DNA from: Protoeuglena noctilucae
Lineage: Eukaryota
NCBI GenBank assembly: GCA_958009085.1
Contig: OY253684.1
Span: 496,001 to 560,000, forward strand
Length of the DNA: 64,000 nucleotides
Direction of reading: 5' to 3'
How positions within the stretch are numbered: the stretch's first letter is position 1; each line of letters opens with the position of its first letter. Shown here in pieces: positions 1-8,241 of the stretch. Under the pieces are notes generated by a model. The model had not been told where the DNA came from. It did not search any database and saw nothing but the letters and a program-made list of their open reading frames with translations. Position numbers and translations under genes: made by a program.

Positions 1-3000
1 CGGCGCGCTTCGTGCCCGGGCTGGACCACAAGGCGCTCGTCCTGACGCTGCGGCGGCGGGCAGACAGGGCCGCGGGGCGCAACCCGCTGCGGCAGGTCCG
101 GCCGCTCTGGGCGCCGGGGAGCCATGAGGCCGAGCGATTCCGGCGGGGCGTGTGGAGGGACTTACCGGCGGACGGGCCGGGGTGCACGTCGGTGCGAGTG
201 GCCAAGGTCATCCGGCACCGCGCGGAGGCGATCAACCTGGTGGTGCGGCGGCGGCGGGACGGGGAGCGGAGGCGTCTGGAGAAGCAACTGGGACGGGCGG
301 AGAGGAGGGCGCAGCGGACGAACGCGACGGAGGACTGGGACCGGATGCTAGACCTGCAGCGCCAGCTGACGGTGCTGGAGCAGCAGGAGGTCCAGTGGCA
401 GAGCGAGCGGGCGAAGCACTTTCTGCGGGTCTTCGGGGCCGTGCCGAGTCGGCGGATCACGGCCCATTTCAAGTGGCGGCGGCGGGCTGAGGGCGTCACG
501 GACGACCTCGCGCGGGACCTGCAGACCAATATGGCCCAGCTCTACGCCCCCGCCGCGCCCCCGGCCTCCGCGGACGGCCAACATGAGCGGGCGCGCGCCA
601 ACTTCCTGCGCAACCCGCGGTCGCCGCTGTCGGAGGAGGCGAGGGCCGCTCTCGAGGCAGACGTGACACGGGCGGAGGCGGCTGAGGCGATACAGGGTCT
701 ACGGGGCGACAGCTGCGGTGGCGCGGACGGCATCTCCCCGGCGCTGCTCAAGGCGTGCCAGGGCACCGGGACCGAGGCGGGCGTCGAGCGGGTGGTCGCC
801 TACTTCGTCAACAAGCTCCTCCGCGGCGAGGGGCACGACGGCCGCCTCGCGAACGCCGCCATCACGCTCATCCACAAGGGCGGCTCGCGGACGGACTGGC
901 GGCGGTACCGCCCCATCTCCCTACTGTCCGTCCTCTACAAGGCTTCGGCCAAGGTGCTGACGGCGCGGCTGCTGCGGGTGATGCCGCAGCTCGTGCACGA
1001 GGACCAGTTGGGTTTCGTCCCCGGGCGTGACATTGGGACGGCCATCTACTCGCTGCATCTGCTCGACGAGCTCATGCGCATCTGGCGGCAGTCTGCGTGG
1101 GCGGTGCTGGTGGACTTCGAACAGGCGTACGACACGGCCTTCCGGGGGTGGGCTGCGGACGCGATGGCGTGGGGAGGGCTCCCGCCGCGTTTTGTCAAGG
1201 CGGCGGTGGCGCTGCAGAGCGACAGCCGGGCGAGCCTGGTCCTCAACGGAGCGGCGGGGGAGCCGTTCCCGCTCAACCGGGGAGTCAAGCAGGGATGCCC
1301 CCTGAGCCCGCTCATCTTCGTGCTGGCGGTGGAGCCCCTCGCAGAGAGGCTGCGGGCGTGGGGCCAGGAGCCGGTGCAGCTGCCGGGCGGCCCGCGGTGC
1401 GACCGCGTGCTCGGCATCCGGACGACGGGCGGCAGGGCCGAGACGCTTCTGGCCTTCGCCGACGACTTCAACGTGCTGCTCCAACGGCTCGTGGGGCGCG
1501 ACAGGAACCAACTCGACCCGAGGCGGGAGCTGGCCGAGGTGCTGCGGGACTTCCACCGTGTGTCCGGGCTGAAGGCGAGCCAGACCAAGACGAAGCTCTA
1601 CCGACTGGGACGCATCAACAAGCGGCAGGAGGCCAAGGCCGCCGCGCAGGGCTGCCCGTGGGGGGTGGAGCCGGGGGGCGTGCGGCTGCTGGGGGCGCAG
1701 ACGAGAGAGCAGGCGGCGCTGGTGTGGCCCGGGCGGCTGGGGGAGGCCCTGCGCCGCGCGGACGCGGCGTCATCGCTGGGACTGCCGATCCGGGGTCGGG
1801 CGCGCGTCGCCAACGCCTACATCACCTCGCTCGCGGGGTACCACCTCGAGATGTCCCCCGCCGCCGACCACTCGTGCGTCGCTGACCTGCGGAGGGTCCA
1901 GGAGCGCTATGTCCTCAACGCACGATCGGCGGGGCAGGTGTGGTTCCGTGTGGGCCGCATCATGCTGACCGCCCCGCCGGAGGAGGGGGGGCTGGGCGCC
2001 CTCCCGCTGGACGCGCACACGGCGGCGCGGCGGCTCCGGCACCTGGCGCGCGCCCTCATCACGAAGCGCGTGGGCGCTCACGGCCAGTTGGGCGGTCTCG
2101 CTGGCATCCTCACGGCGTGCCTGGAGGGGCTCGGGGCAGGCCGGCTGGGCCTGCTGCCCTTCTCACTGCCCGAGACGGACGGTTGCCACGTGGCGCAGTT
2201 GATCGAGTCCCGCCGCCTGCAGGGCAAGCTGCCGGCGCTCGAGAGCTTCTGCGACGCCATCAAGGGCCTCGGGTCCCTGCGCGCGACCCTCGGGCCCGCG
2301 CACGCGCCGCCACCTCTGGCACCCACGACGGACGAGGTCGCCCGGCAGCGCTGGACCGGCCTGGCGGCGGAGGGCCGGCTGACGCTCAACTTCGACGGGG
2401 GCTCGCGGGGCAACGGCTCCGACACGTCCACGGCTGGCGCGGGGGCGGTGCTGGCGGCCGGGGAAGGCGAGGGGGTGGAGACGCTGGAGCTCGCGGGCCC
2501 CGCCGTGTGCGGGGCCTCCAACAACCAGGCCGAGTTCGCCGCGCTTTTGGGAGGGCTACGCGCGGCAGTCGAGCTCGGCGCCACCAAGCTCCGCGTCCGG
2601 GGGGACTCCCTCCTCGTCATCCGCGCCATGGACCCGCGGGACTGCTCGGTGCTGCGGCACCCGGCGCTGGTGCCGCTGTGGACCGAGGCGCAGAGGCTCG
2701 CGGCGGGCCTCGACATCACTTGGGAGCACGTGCCACGGGAGCAGAACGCCCTGGCGGACCGCCTGTCCAACGTGGCCATGGACGGGCATGGCTGGCGGGG
2801 GGCGCGCGTGGGCGGCGGGGGCCTGGCGGGCACGGACGGCTCGCCTTTCGCCTCTTCTACGGACTTCTTCACCCCCGTCACTGGGACTACAAAGGGGGAT
2901 CTACTCTGCGCGTCGCTTCTCACCCCGGGGGTCCTCTGTGCCGCCGGCGGGGGGGCTCCGGGCGCGGGGGTGGCAGGCCTGGGGGCGCCGGCGATGGAGG

Positions 3001-4346
3001 GGGCAGCTGGCCCTCTCCACAACGACATGGGACAGGACCAAGACGATTCGGCCTCGTCGCTCCACAGCTTCGCGACGGGCGCCCATGGGAGGGCTGGTGG
3101 GGCGTGGGTGCACGACGGCGCGCCGGGCGACGACAATACGGATGATGGGATCGACGAGGGGGGTGCTGGGCGGCCGGCGGGGGGCGGCCGGCCCCTCCTC
3201 CTGCACCCGGTGGGGAGGGCGATGGCGTTACGGGGGTTCGGAACTGTGGGGCATTATCTCTGCATGCGGGACCCGGCGCGGCGATGGGACACGTGGGTCT
3301 CCTGGGCGGTCGCGCTGGGCTATGATCGGCTGCCGGGGGTGGATCGGAGGGGCCTCGGCTGGGTGGTTGGGGCTTTTATGCGGGACCTGGGCCTCCTTGG
3401 GCCGGGCAACGAGTATGCCCGGCCAGACGTGGAGGGGCAATGGGACCCGTGGGACGGGCTGGCGCTCACGGAGGGTTTCATGGAGCGCCTGCGACTTGCC
3501 TCCCCGGGCGGCGGGGAGGCCAACGACTTCTACCGGCCCATGACGGCCACCGCGCCGGGCTGGGCACTGGACCCCGGCGTCGCCTCCAAGGCGGCGCTGG
3601 ACCTGGCCTCCTACACGGTGCGGGAGGCGGCGAGGACGACGTGTGACAGGGCGGCGATCCGGCAGCGGCTGGAGCGCAAGGCGGAGGGCTGGGCGGCGGC
3701 GCTGGGGGAGGGGCACAGCGTCACGGGAGAGGGCTTGAGGCGCACGCTGGTGGCGCTGAACGGGCTGCCGCTGTCGGACGCCCTGCACGAGCGGCTGTGG
3801 ATGACGCTGGCGGACGGGTGGGCTACGCAGGACAGGATGTACTGGGCGGAGCGGGACGAGTGCCCGCTGCTGACGGAGGAGGGGGAGGCGTGCATGGGAA
3901 AGGACAGCGCGGCCCACGCGTTCTGGGAGTGCTCGCGCGCGCGGGAGGTGTGGCGCGTGGCGAGGGGAATCGTGGCGTGGGCGGGGGGGGCGCAGGGGGC
4001 GCCCCTCCGCCCGTCGGCCCTCTTCCTGCTGCGCGTGCCGGAGGGCGCGCGGTTGGGGCCGCTCACGTGGACGGTCGTGGCGGGGGCGGCCGTGCAGGTC
4101 ATCTGGCGCAGGCGGCAGCAGCTGACGAAGGACGCGGGGGCGGACGCGTCCCCGGCACAGCTGTTCGCGCAGATGACGCGCATCATGGCCGAGGAGCTCG
4201 TCGCTCTGGCGGCGTACCGGGGCGGGCGGGCCCTCGTGCGCTGCACGCACCCTGACGACGCCCTCTTACACCCAAGGGACCCGGCGAGGTCCACCTTCAC
4301 CTACACTGCGCCCACATGGGCAGCCGTCGAGCCGCTACTCCCCTGA
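1..4346 (+). CDS. Non-LTR retrotransposon ORF2 (L1/Tx1-like): APE C-terminus, reverse transcriptase, RNase H, CCHC zinc finger; 5' end lies outside the window
   Basis: Uninterrupted, intronless ORF of over 1440 aa. LDHKAL resembles the last APE motif (SDH). RT motifs: GADGI, YRPISLLSVLYK, VDFEQAYD, RGVKQGCPLSPLIF, AFADD (~700-1700). RNase H: LNFDGGSRGN, NNQAEFAAL, RGDSLLVI, HVPREQNALADRL (~2380-2785). zf-RVT-like ECP...C...HAFWEC...VW (~3860-3955). Confidence 0.95.
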   Translation, partial: ARFVPGLDHKALVLTLRRRADRAAGRNPLRQVRPLWAPGSHEAERFRRGVWRDLPADGPGCTSVRVAKVIRHRAEAINLVVRRRRDGERRRLEKQLGRAERRAQRTNATEDWDRMLDLQRQLTVLEQQEVQWQSERAKHFLRVFGAVPSRRITAHFKWRRRAEGVTDDLARDLQTNMAQLYAPAAPPASADGQHERARANFLRNPRSPLSEEARAALEADVTRAEAAEAIQGLRGDSCGGADGISPALLKACQGTGTEAGVERVVAYFVNKLLRGEGHDGRLANAAITLIHKGGSRTDWRRYRPISLLSVLYKASAKVLTARLLRVMPQLVHEDQLGFVPGRDIGTAIYSLHLLDELMRIWRQSAWAVLVDFEQAYDTAFRGWAADAMAWGGLPPRFVKAAVALQSDSRASLVLNGAAGEPFPLNRGVKQGCPLSPLIFVLAVEPLAERLRAWGQEPVQLPGGPRCDRVLGIRTTGGRAETLLAFADDFNVLLQRLVGRDRNQLDPRRELAEVLRDFHRVSGLKASQTKTKLYRLGRINKRQEAKAAAQGCPWGVEPGGVRLLGAQTREQAALVWPGRLGEALRRADAASSLGLPIRGRARVANAYITSLAGYHLEMSPAADHSCVADLRRVQERYVLNARSAGQVWFRVGRIMLTAPPEEGGLGALPLDAHTAARRLRHLARALITKRVGAHGQLGGLAGILTACLEGLGAGRLGLLPFSLPETDGCHVAQLIESRRLQGKLPALESFCDAIKGLGSLRATLGPAHAPPPLAPTTDEVARQRWTGLAAEGRLTLNFDGGSRGNGSDTSTAGAGAVLAAGEGEGVETLELAGPAVCGASNNQAEFAALLGGLRAAVELGATKLRVRGDSLLVIRAMDPRDCSVLRHPALVPLWTEAQRLAAGLDITWEHVPREQNALADRLSNVAMDGHGWRGARVGGGGLAGTDGSPFASSTDFFTPVTGTTKGDLLCASLLTPGVLCAAGGGAPGAGVAGLGAPAMEGAAGPLHNDMGQDQDDSASSLHSFATGAHGRAGGAWVHDGAPGDDNTDDGIDEGGAGRPAGGGRPLLLHPVGRAMALRGFGTVGHYLCMRDPARRWDTWVSWAVALGYDRLPGVDRRGLGWVVGAFMRDLGLLGPGNEYARPDVEGQWDPWDGLALTEGFMERLRLASPGGGEANDFYRPMTATAPGWALDPGVASKAALDLASYTVREAARTTCDRAAIRQRLERKAEGWAAALGEGHSVTGEGLRRTLVALNGLPLSDALHERLWMTLADGWATQDRMYWAERDECPLLTEEGEACMGKDSAAHAFWECSRAREVWRVARGIVAWAGGAQGAPLRPSALFLLRVPEGARLGPLTWTVVAGAAVQVIWRRRQQLTKDAGADASPAQLFAQMTRIMAEELVALAAYRGGRALVRCTHPDDALLHPRDPARSTFTYTAPTWAAVEPLLP

Positions 4347-4389
4347 GGGGCCTCTTCATTCGCAGCACGCCATCACCCCACGACATTCG

Positions 4390-4454
4390 GGCCGGGGCGC
4401 CGGCGCCGGACGGGTGGCCTTCGGGCTGCTCGTTCCGGCGTCGGCGCCCCGGCC
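4390..4454 (+). ncRNA. ~30-bp hairpin capped by a C(UUCG)G tetraloop in the LINE 3' UTR
   Basis: ggccggggcgccggcgccgga-cgggtggcc TTCG ggctgctcg-t-tccggcgtcggcgccccggcc: fully paired with four G-U pairs and one bulge; loop at 4420-4423. Confidence 0.8.
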
Positions 4455-4541
4455 AGCTGGGGCGTCCACGGCCACACTGAGCATCTACGGAAGAGCCCGT
4501 CTGCCGGCTAAAACAAGCTCCCCTGCACCCAGGATGATATG

Positions 4542-5862
4542 GGCTGGAGTACCGCACGGCGGCGCCACCGGCGACCCCCTGGGCTGCCTGGCCGGAGCCG
4601 GAGCCTGAGAGGGGCCGCGGGCGGGGGGTCCACGCGATGCGCGCGCAGCCGCAGGGGCGTGGGGCGCGCTGAAGGGCGGGCGCCTCACGGGGAGGGTGCC
4701 GGCGCTCGGGACACCAAGGGCTTCTGCGCACCCACGCTCCATCCCTCGCATGCCTAGCAGGTTATCGGACGCACACTCGACAGCTTTACCCACACGCCTG
4801 CTCCACACCTGCCCCGCAGCCGGCCATGCCACCCCACCCCAATCCGCATTACTCCCACATCCACCCGACCGCATTGCTCCCACCAGGTCCCTAAGCCAGC
4901 CCACTGCCTTCCTATGACGCACACTTTTCACCCCCCACATCACACTGCACACGCACCCTGCCCCAGCAGCACTCACCCGCATGCCACACCTCCCCGTCCA
5001 TGCCCGCAGCTAACAGGTAGATGCCTCTTCCAACCAGACCACACACACCGTCTAACTCTCTGCACGCACCCTCGTCACTCATCTCACGATCTCGCCGCTC
5101 AGCACCACTCTTGCCCACTCACCGCGCATCACCACTGACATACACACGTTCACCTCTCAACCCCCTCTCCTCTTCCACATGGACCCCCACATAAACCACC
5201 TTCCTGCTCAGCGCGCATCATCTCCCACCCCTCCTCCTGCCAGCCCCACGCCACACCCTTCTTACGGACCACGCCCCCCCACACATCTCACCTCACACGC
5301 CCAACCAGACTCGCCCTTTCCGCAAGCCCTCCTGCCCCACGCACTCCCCCCCTAGCTGCACAGGTAAGGCTCAGCACCCTCTCCTCACAGCTAATGCCCA
5401 CGTGAGCACTCGCACCCCTCAGCGCATCACTCCCCACGCACCAAGCACCACACACCGATCCAGCACAGCGTCTGCACCTCCTGACCTCCCCCAATCACGC
5501 ACAGACCTCCTCGCATCCTCCCACGACCACCGTCTTTGCCAGCCGCAGGTCAGGACCACACCGACACTCATCCTCCGTCACGCACACCGTCACCTCTCCC
5601 CGACCGCAGACCTGGACGGACGCGCACACGCACCCTTGCCTCACCCCTAGCCCTTTGCAGCCATGCCTCGCAGGCCCTTGGTGTCCCACAGCCGCCAGCG
5701 CTCACCCGTGGGGCGTCTGCTCCGTCGCCGTTGCGGCGCGCCCCGCACACCCACGGTACTGCGCGTGGCGCGTGGCCTCCCCGCCCGTGGTCCTTCAGGG
5801 GCTCTGGCGCTGGTCGGGCGGGTCCGCGCGGGGGTCGCCAGCGCGTCGCCTGTGCTCCAGCC
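4542..5862 (+). repeat. Long imperfect inverted repeat (arms ~4542-4723 and ~5672-5862) around a ~950-nt G-poor, C/A-rich spacer
   Basis: gggacaccaagggc (4708-4721) is the exact reverse complement of gcccttggtgtccc (5674-5687). Pairing continues outward to ggctggagtac/gtgctccagcc, and most substitutions are G-U compatible on the + strand. Confidence 0.85.
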
Positions 5863-6380
5863 AACGTGAGAGACCAGCCCCGCTGGGGGGGGCTGGCAAA
5901 GGGTGCGACGGGGGACAAACGTCGGGGCAGAGCTGGCAGCAACGGGTCGAGGGGCTCAGGCAGTGGCAGAGAGACGTGGCGCCCGTGGGGTGGAACGCCG
6001 GGGATGTCGTGGGAACACCCGGCAGTGGCGCAGAACGGACCAGGCGCCACAGGATCAGAGAGCGGCGTGGCTGCGACGAGGCGGGGAGAGTGGGGGCGCA
6101 AGCGGGCCGGAGGGCCTGTCTTTGGGAGTCTGCTGAGGAGGCCCTGCAGGAGAGCAACGGATGGCGAGGGGTGCTGGCGCCCGGCATGGTGGCGCTGGCG
6201 GGGGCGACCCCTCGCACGACACACAGCGGGGCAGCGGGCTTTTGGGGGCGGGCGCGATGGCAGCGCGGCAAGAGCGAGCGGCGGCGGCGAGAGTAACACA
6301 AGGGGCAACGAGTGGTGTCGGTGGGCATGGGCTGGGCGACACAGGGGTGTCAGGTGTTTGGGGGGGCGACGGGGGCGCGA

Positions 6381-6720
6381 GGCAGGCCACGGTTATCAGG
6401 GCGCGCGGGTGCGCGTGAGCGGGGGGCAGGCCTCGGTTATCAGGGCGCGCGGGTGCGCGGAGCGGGAGGTGGGCCAAGGTTGTCAGCGTTAAAGGGCCAG
6501 GGTCGCCACAGCGTCGGTTGAAGGTCGTCAGCGCATTTGGCCAAGGTCGTCAAAACGATACTCCAAGGTCGTCAGCGTGATAGGCCAAGGTCGTCAGCGT
6601 GATGGGCCAAGGTCGTCAGCGTGATGGGCCAAGGTCGTCTGGGCGTGTGGGGGCGAGGAGATGAGGGACGGGCCAAGGCCGACGGGCGCGGGAGAGGACG
6701 GGCCAAGGGCCAAGGTTGAC
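6381..6720. repeat. Tandem array: two ~44-bp units, then ~22-bp units GGCCAAGGTCGTCAGCGTGATG with degenerate flanks
   Basis: Near-perfect 22-mers at ~6563-6639. Related core GGCC(A/T)(A/C)GGT(C/T)(G/A)TCAG at 6385, 6429, 6472 and 6539; GGCCAAGG remnants run to ~6716. Confidence 0.9.
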
Positions 6721-7072
6721 GTGCGGGAGCGAGGAGCGGGGTCGCGTCGTGGGTCTCTGGGCACACGGCCGAGTGGGTCGTGCCGGCGCACGCACCCGGA
6801 GCGGGGCGGTCTGGGGCGGTCCACATGAGAGGCAGCCGGCCCTCAGGGGCGCAGCGTGGGCGAGCGGGGCGCCCAGGGGCAACACTGCGCCCCCCAAGGA
6901 ACGCCGTCTGCGTTCGGACCGCCCCCACCGCCCTCGCGTCCGGGCCAGCGTTGCCGGGTGGGCGAGCCAGCCGGGCCGCCTGAGGAGGATGGGAGGAGGG
7001 TAGGGAGCGGGGGATGTCATGATTGGCCGCACATAAGCTACACATATCGTCATTAGCCTCGGCCTCACCTTT

Positions 7073-7077
7073 TGTAA
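7073..7077 (+). promoter_or_regulatory. Candidate chlorophyte polyadenylation signal TGTAA
   Basis: TGTAA inside the only AT-richer patch (7015-7080) of the retroelement block; ATTGG (reverse CCAAT) at 7022 means a promoter reading is also possible. Confidence 0.35.
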
Positions 7078-7084
7078 TAGACGC

Positions 7085-7338
7085 CCGGGGGTCTCCACGG
7101 AGGGCCCCCGCGGCTGCATCGTCCCACTCTGGGACGGCGATTCTGCCTTCGGGCGCAGCGAGGGGGCTAGGGGTGCAAGAACCCGGGGTGGGCGACCCCT
7201 TTGCCTTAGGGTGGGGCGACCTAGCGGGGGCGGGCCACGTGCCAAATGCACTGCAACGATGGAAACCCCGGGGTGTCAGCTGCCCCGGGGGACGGCACTT
7301 CTGCCGCAAGGCGTGGCTCTGAGAGTCATAGCACCCCT
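7085..7338 (+). ncRNA. Putative compact multi-hairpin structured RNA module of unknown family
   Basis: Stems gggggtctcc/gagggccccc, cgtccca/tgggacg, gcc-TTCG-ggc (7145-7154), gcc-GCAA-ggc (7303-7312), cccgggg/ccccggg, gtgcc/ggcac, ccacg/cgtgg, closed by aggggtgc (7169-7176)/gcacccct (7331-7338). Confidence 0.5.
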
Positions 7339-7396
7339 CGACTGTTGAATCGCTCATCATCATCCGCCCCCACCGCCCAGCGACTGACGCAGTGAC

Positions 7397-7875
7397 AGAT
7401 GCAGGACGCAGGGCCGGACACATCCCCAGCGCAGCTGCTTAAGTCATCTGCAGATGACACGCGCTTTGGCCGAGGACCTCGTCGCCCTGGCCGCGCACCG
7501 GGGCGGGCGGGCCTTGCATGCTGCACGCGCCCTGACGTCGCCCCGCTACGCCCGACAGACCCGGCCAGGTCCACCCTCACCTGCACTGCGCCCTCATGGG
7601 TCGCCGTCGAGCCCCTGCTCCCCTGAGTGGGCCCCAACACGCACAGCACCCCACCACCTCACGACACATGGGCTGGGACACCGGCGTCCGAGCGGCGGGT
7701 ACTTTCTGGGCTGATGGGTTGATGGGACACCGGCGTCCCTACCCTGTCCCTGTTGCGCGGCCGCAGCTTCGCTAAGCCTCTACCGGCCGAGCCCGGCTGC
7801 TGGCAAGCAAGCTTCGCCACACCCAGGATCACTGGAGCTTCAGCAGCACCACTGCTACGGCAACGCCATCGGGGC
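7397..7875 (+). pseudogene. Decayed, 5'-truncated copy of the LINE ORF2 C-terminus and proximal 3' UTR
   Basis: DAGPDTSPAQL / MTRALAEDLVALAAHRGGRAL / DPARSTLTCTAPSWVAVEPLLP* matches the ORF2 end (DAGADASPAQL...DPARSTFTYTAPTWAAVEPLLP*) with frameshifts. DNA similarity continues (7790-7870 vs 4493-4580). Confidence 0.9.
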
Positions 7876-8241
7876 GACTAGGTGGTGATGTGGCGAATGG
7901 TGGTCGAGAGGAGTAGAGCATTGAAGCAATCAGCGGCAGCCTAGCCGCTTATTGTATTGCATAAGCCTAGCTGAGCAAGAACACACTTGTCACATCGACC
8001 TCTGCGCTACTTGATCATCCTATGCTGACTCAAGCGTCGCCCCGATCGTCGGACTCGGGCTACACCGCAGCCTCGCCCTCCTCCTCCTTGCCCTTGGCCG
8101 ACGGGAGCGCGGCGTCCCGACCCCAGCTGCAGGGGTAGAGGGGGTGGAGCGGTGACCACAAGCGGCTCGGTATGTACGATAGAGCTACGCGTGCAGGCCA
8201 CTCGCGAATGGCTGCAACTGGGCCCCCCTGAGTCGCGCGGC

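Larger units (their letters stand above)
1..7090 (+). mobile_element. L1-like LINE with a long non-coding 3' region; 3' boundary uncertain
   Basis: ORF2 plus downstream DNA. 4347-4580 is shared with the second copy (7627-7875), so at least that part belongs to the element. TGTAA at 7073-7077 is a candidate 3' end signal. No poly(A) tail or TSD seen. Confidence 0.55.

Noticed and set aside
1..4346. Group II intron, retron or DGR reverse transcriptase
   Set aside because: APE remnant, non-LTR RT motifs and a zf-RVT finger identify a LINE ORF2.
4724..5671. Degenerate telomeric repeat tract
   Set aside because: Only isolated ccctaa/ccctag words and no periodicity.
6470..6640. CRISPR-like array
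   Set aside because: Units are directly adjacent with only a few variable bases, there are no unique spacers or cas genes, and the context is eukaryotic.
7255..7330. Hammerhead ribozyme or RNase MRP core
   Set aside because: GAAAC and CTGAGAG are present but do not fit CUGANGA with the right stems; the conserved regions of MRP were not found.
4414..7423. ORFs of 200-320 aa in the post-ORF2 region (e.g. 5536-6492, 6572-7423)
   Set aside because: Low-complexity R/G/P/A translations with no motifs, expected by chance at this GC content.
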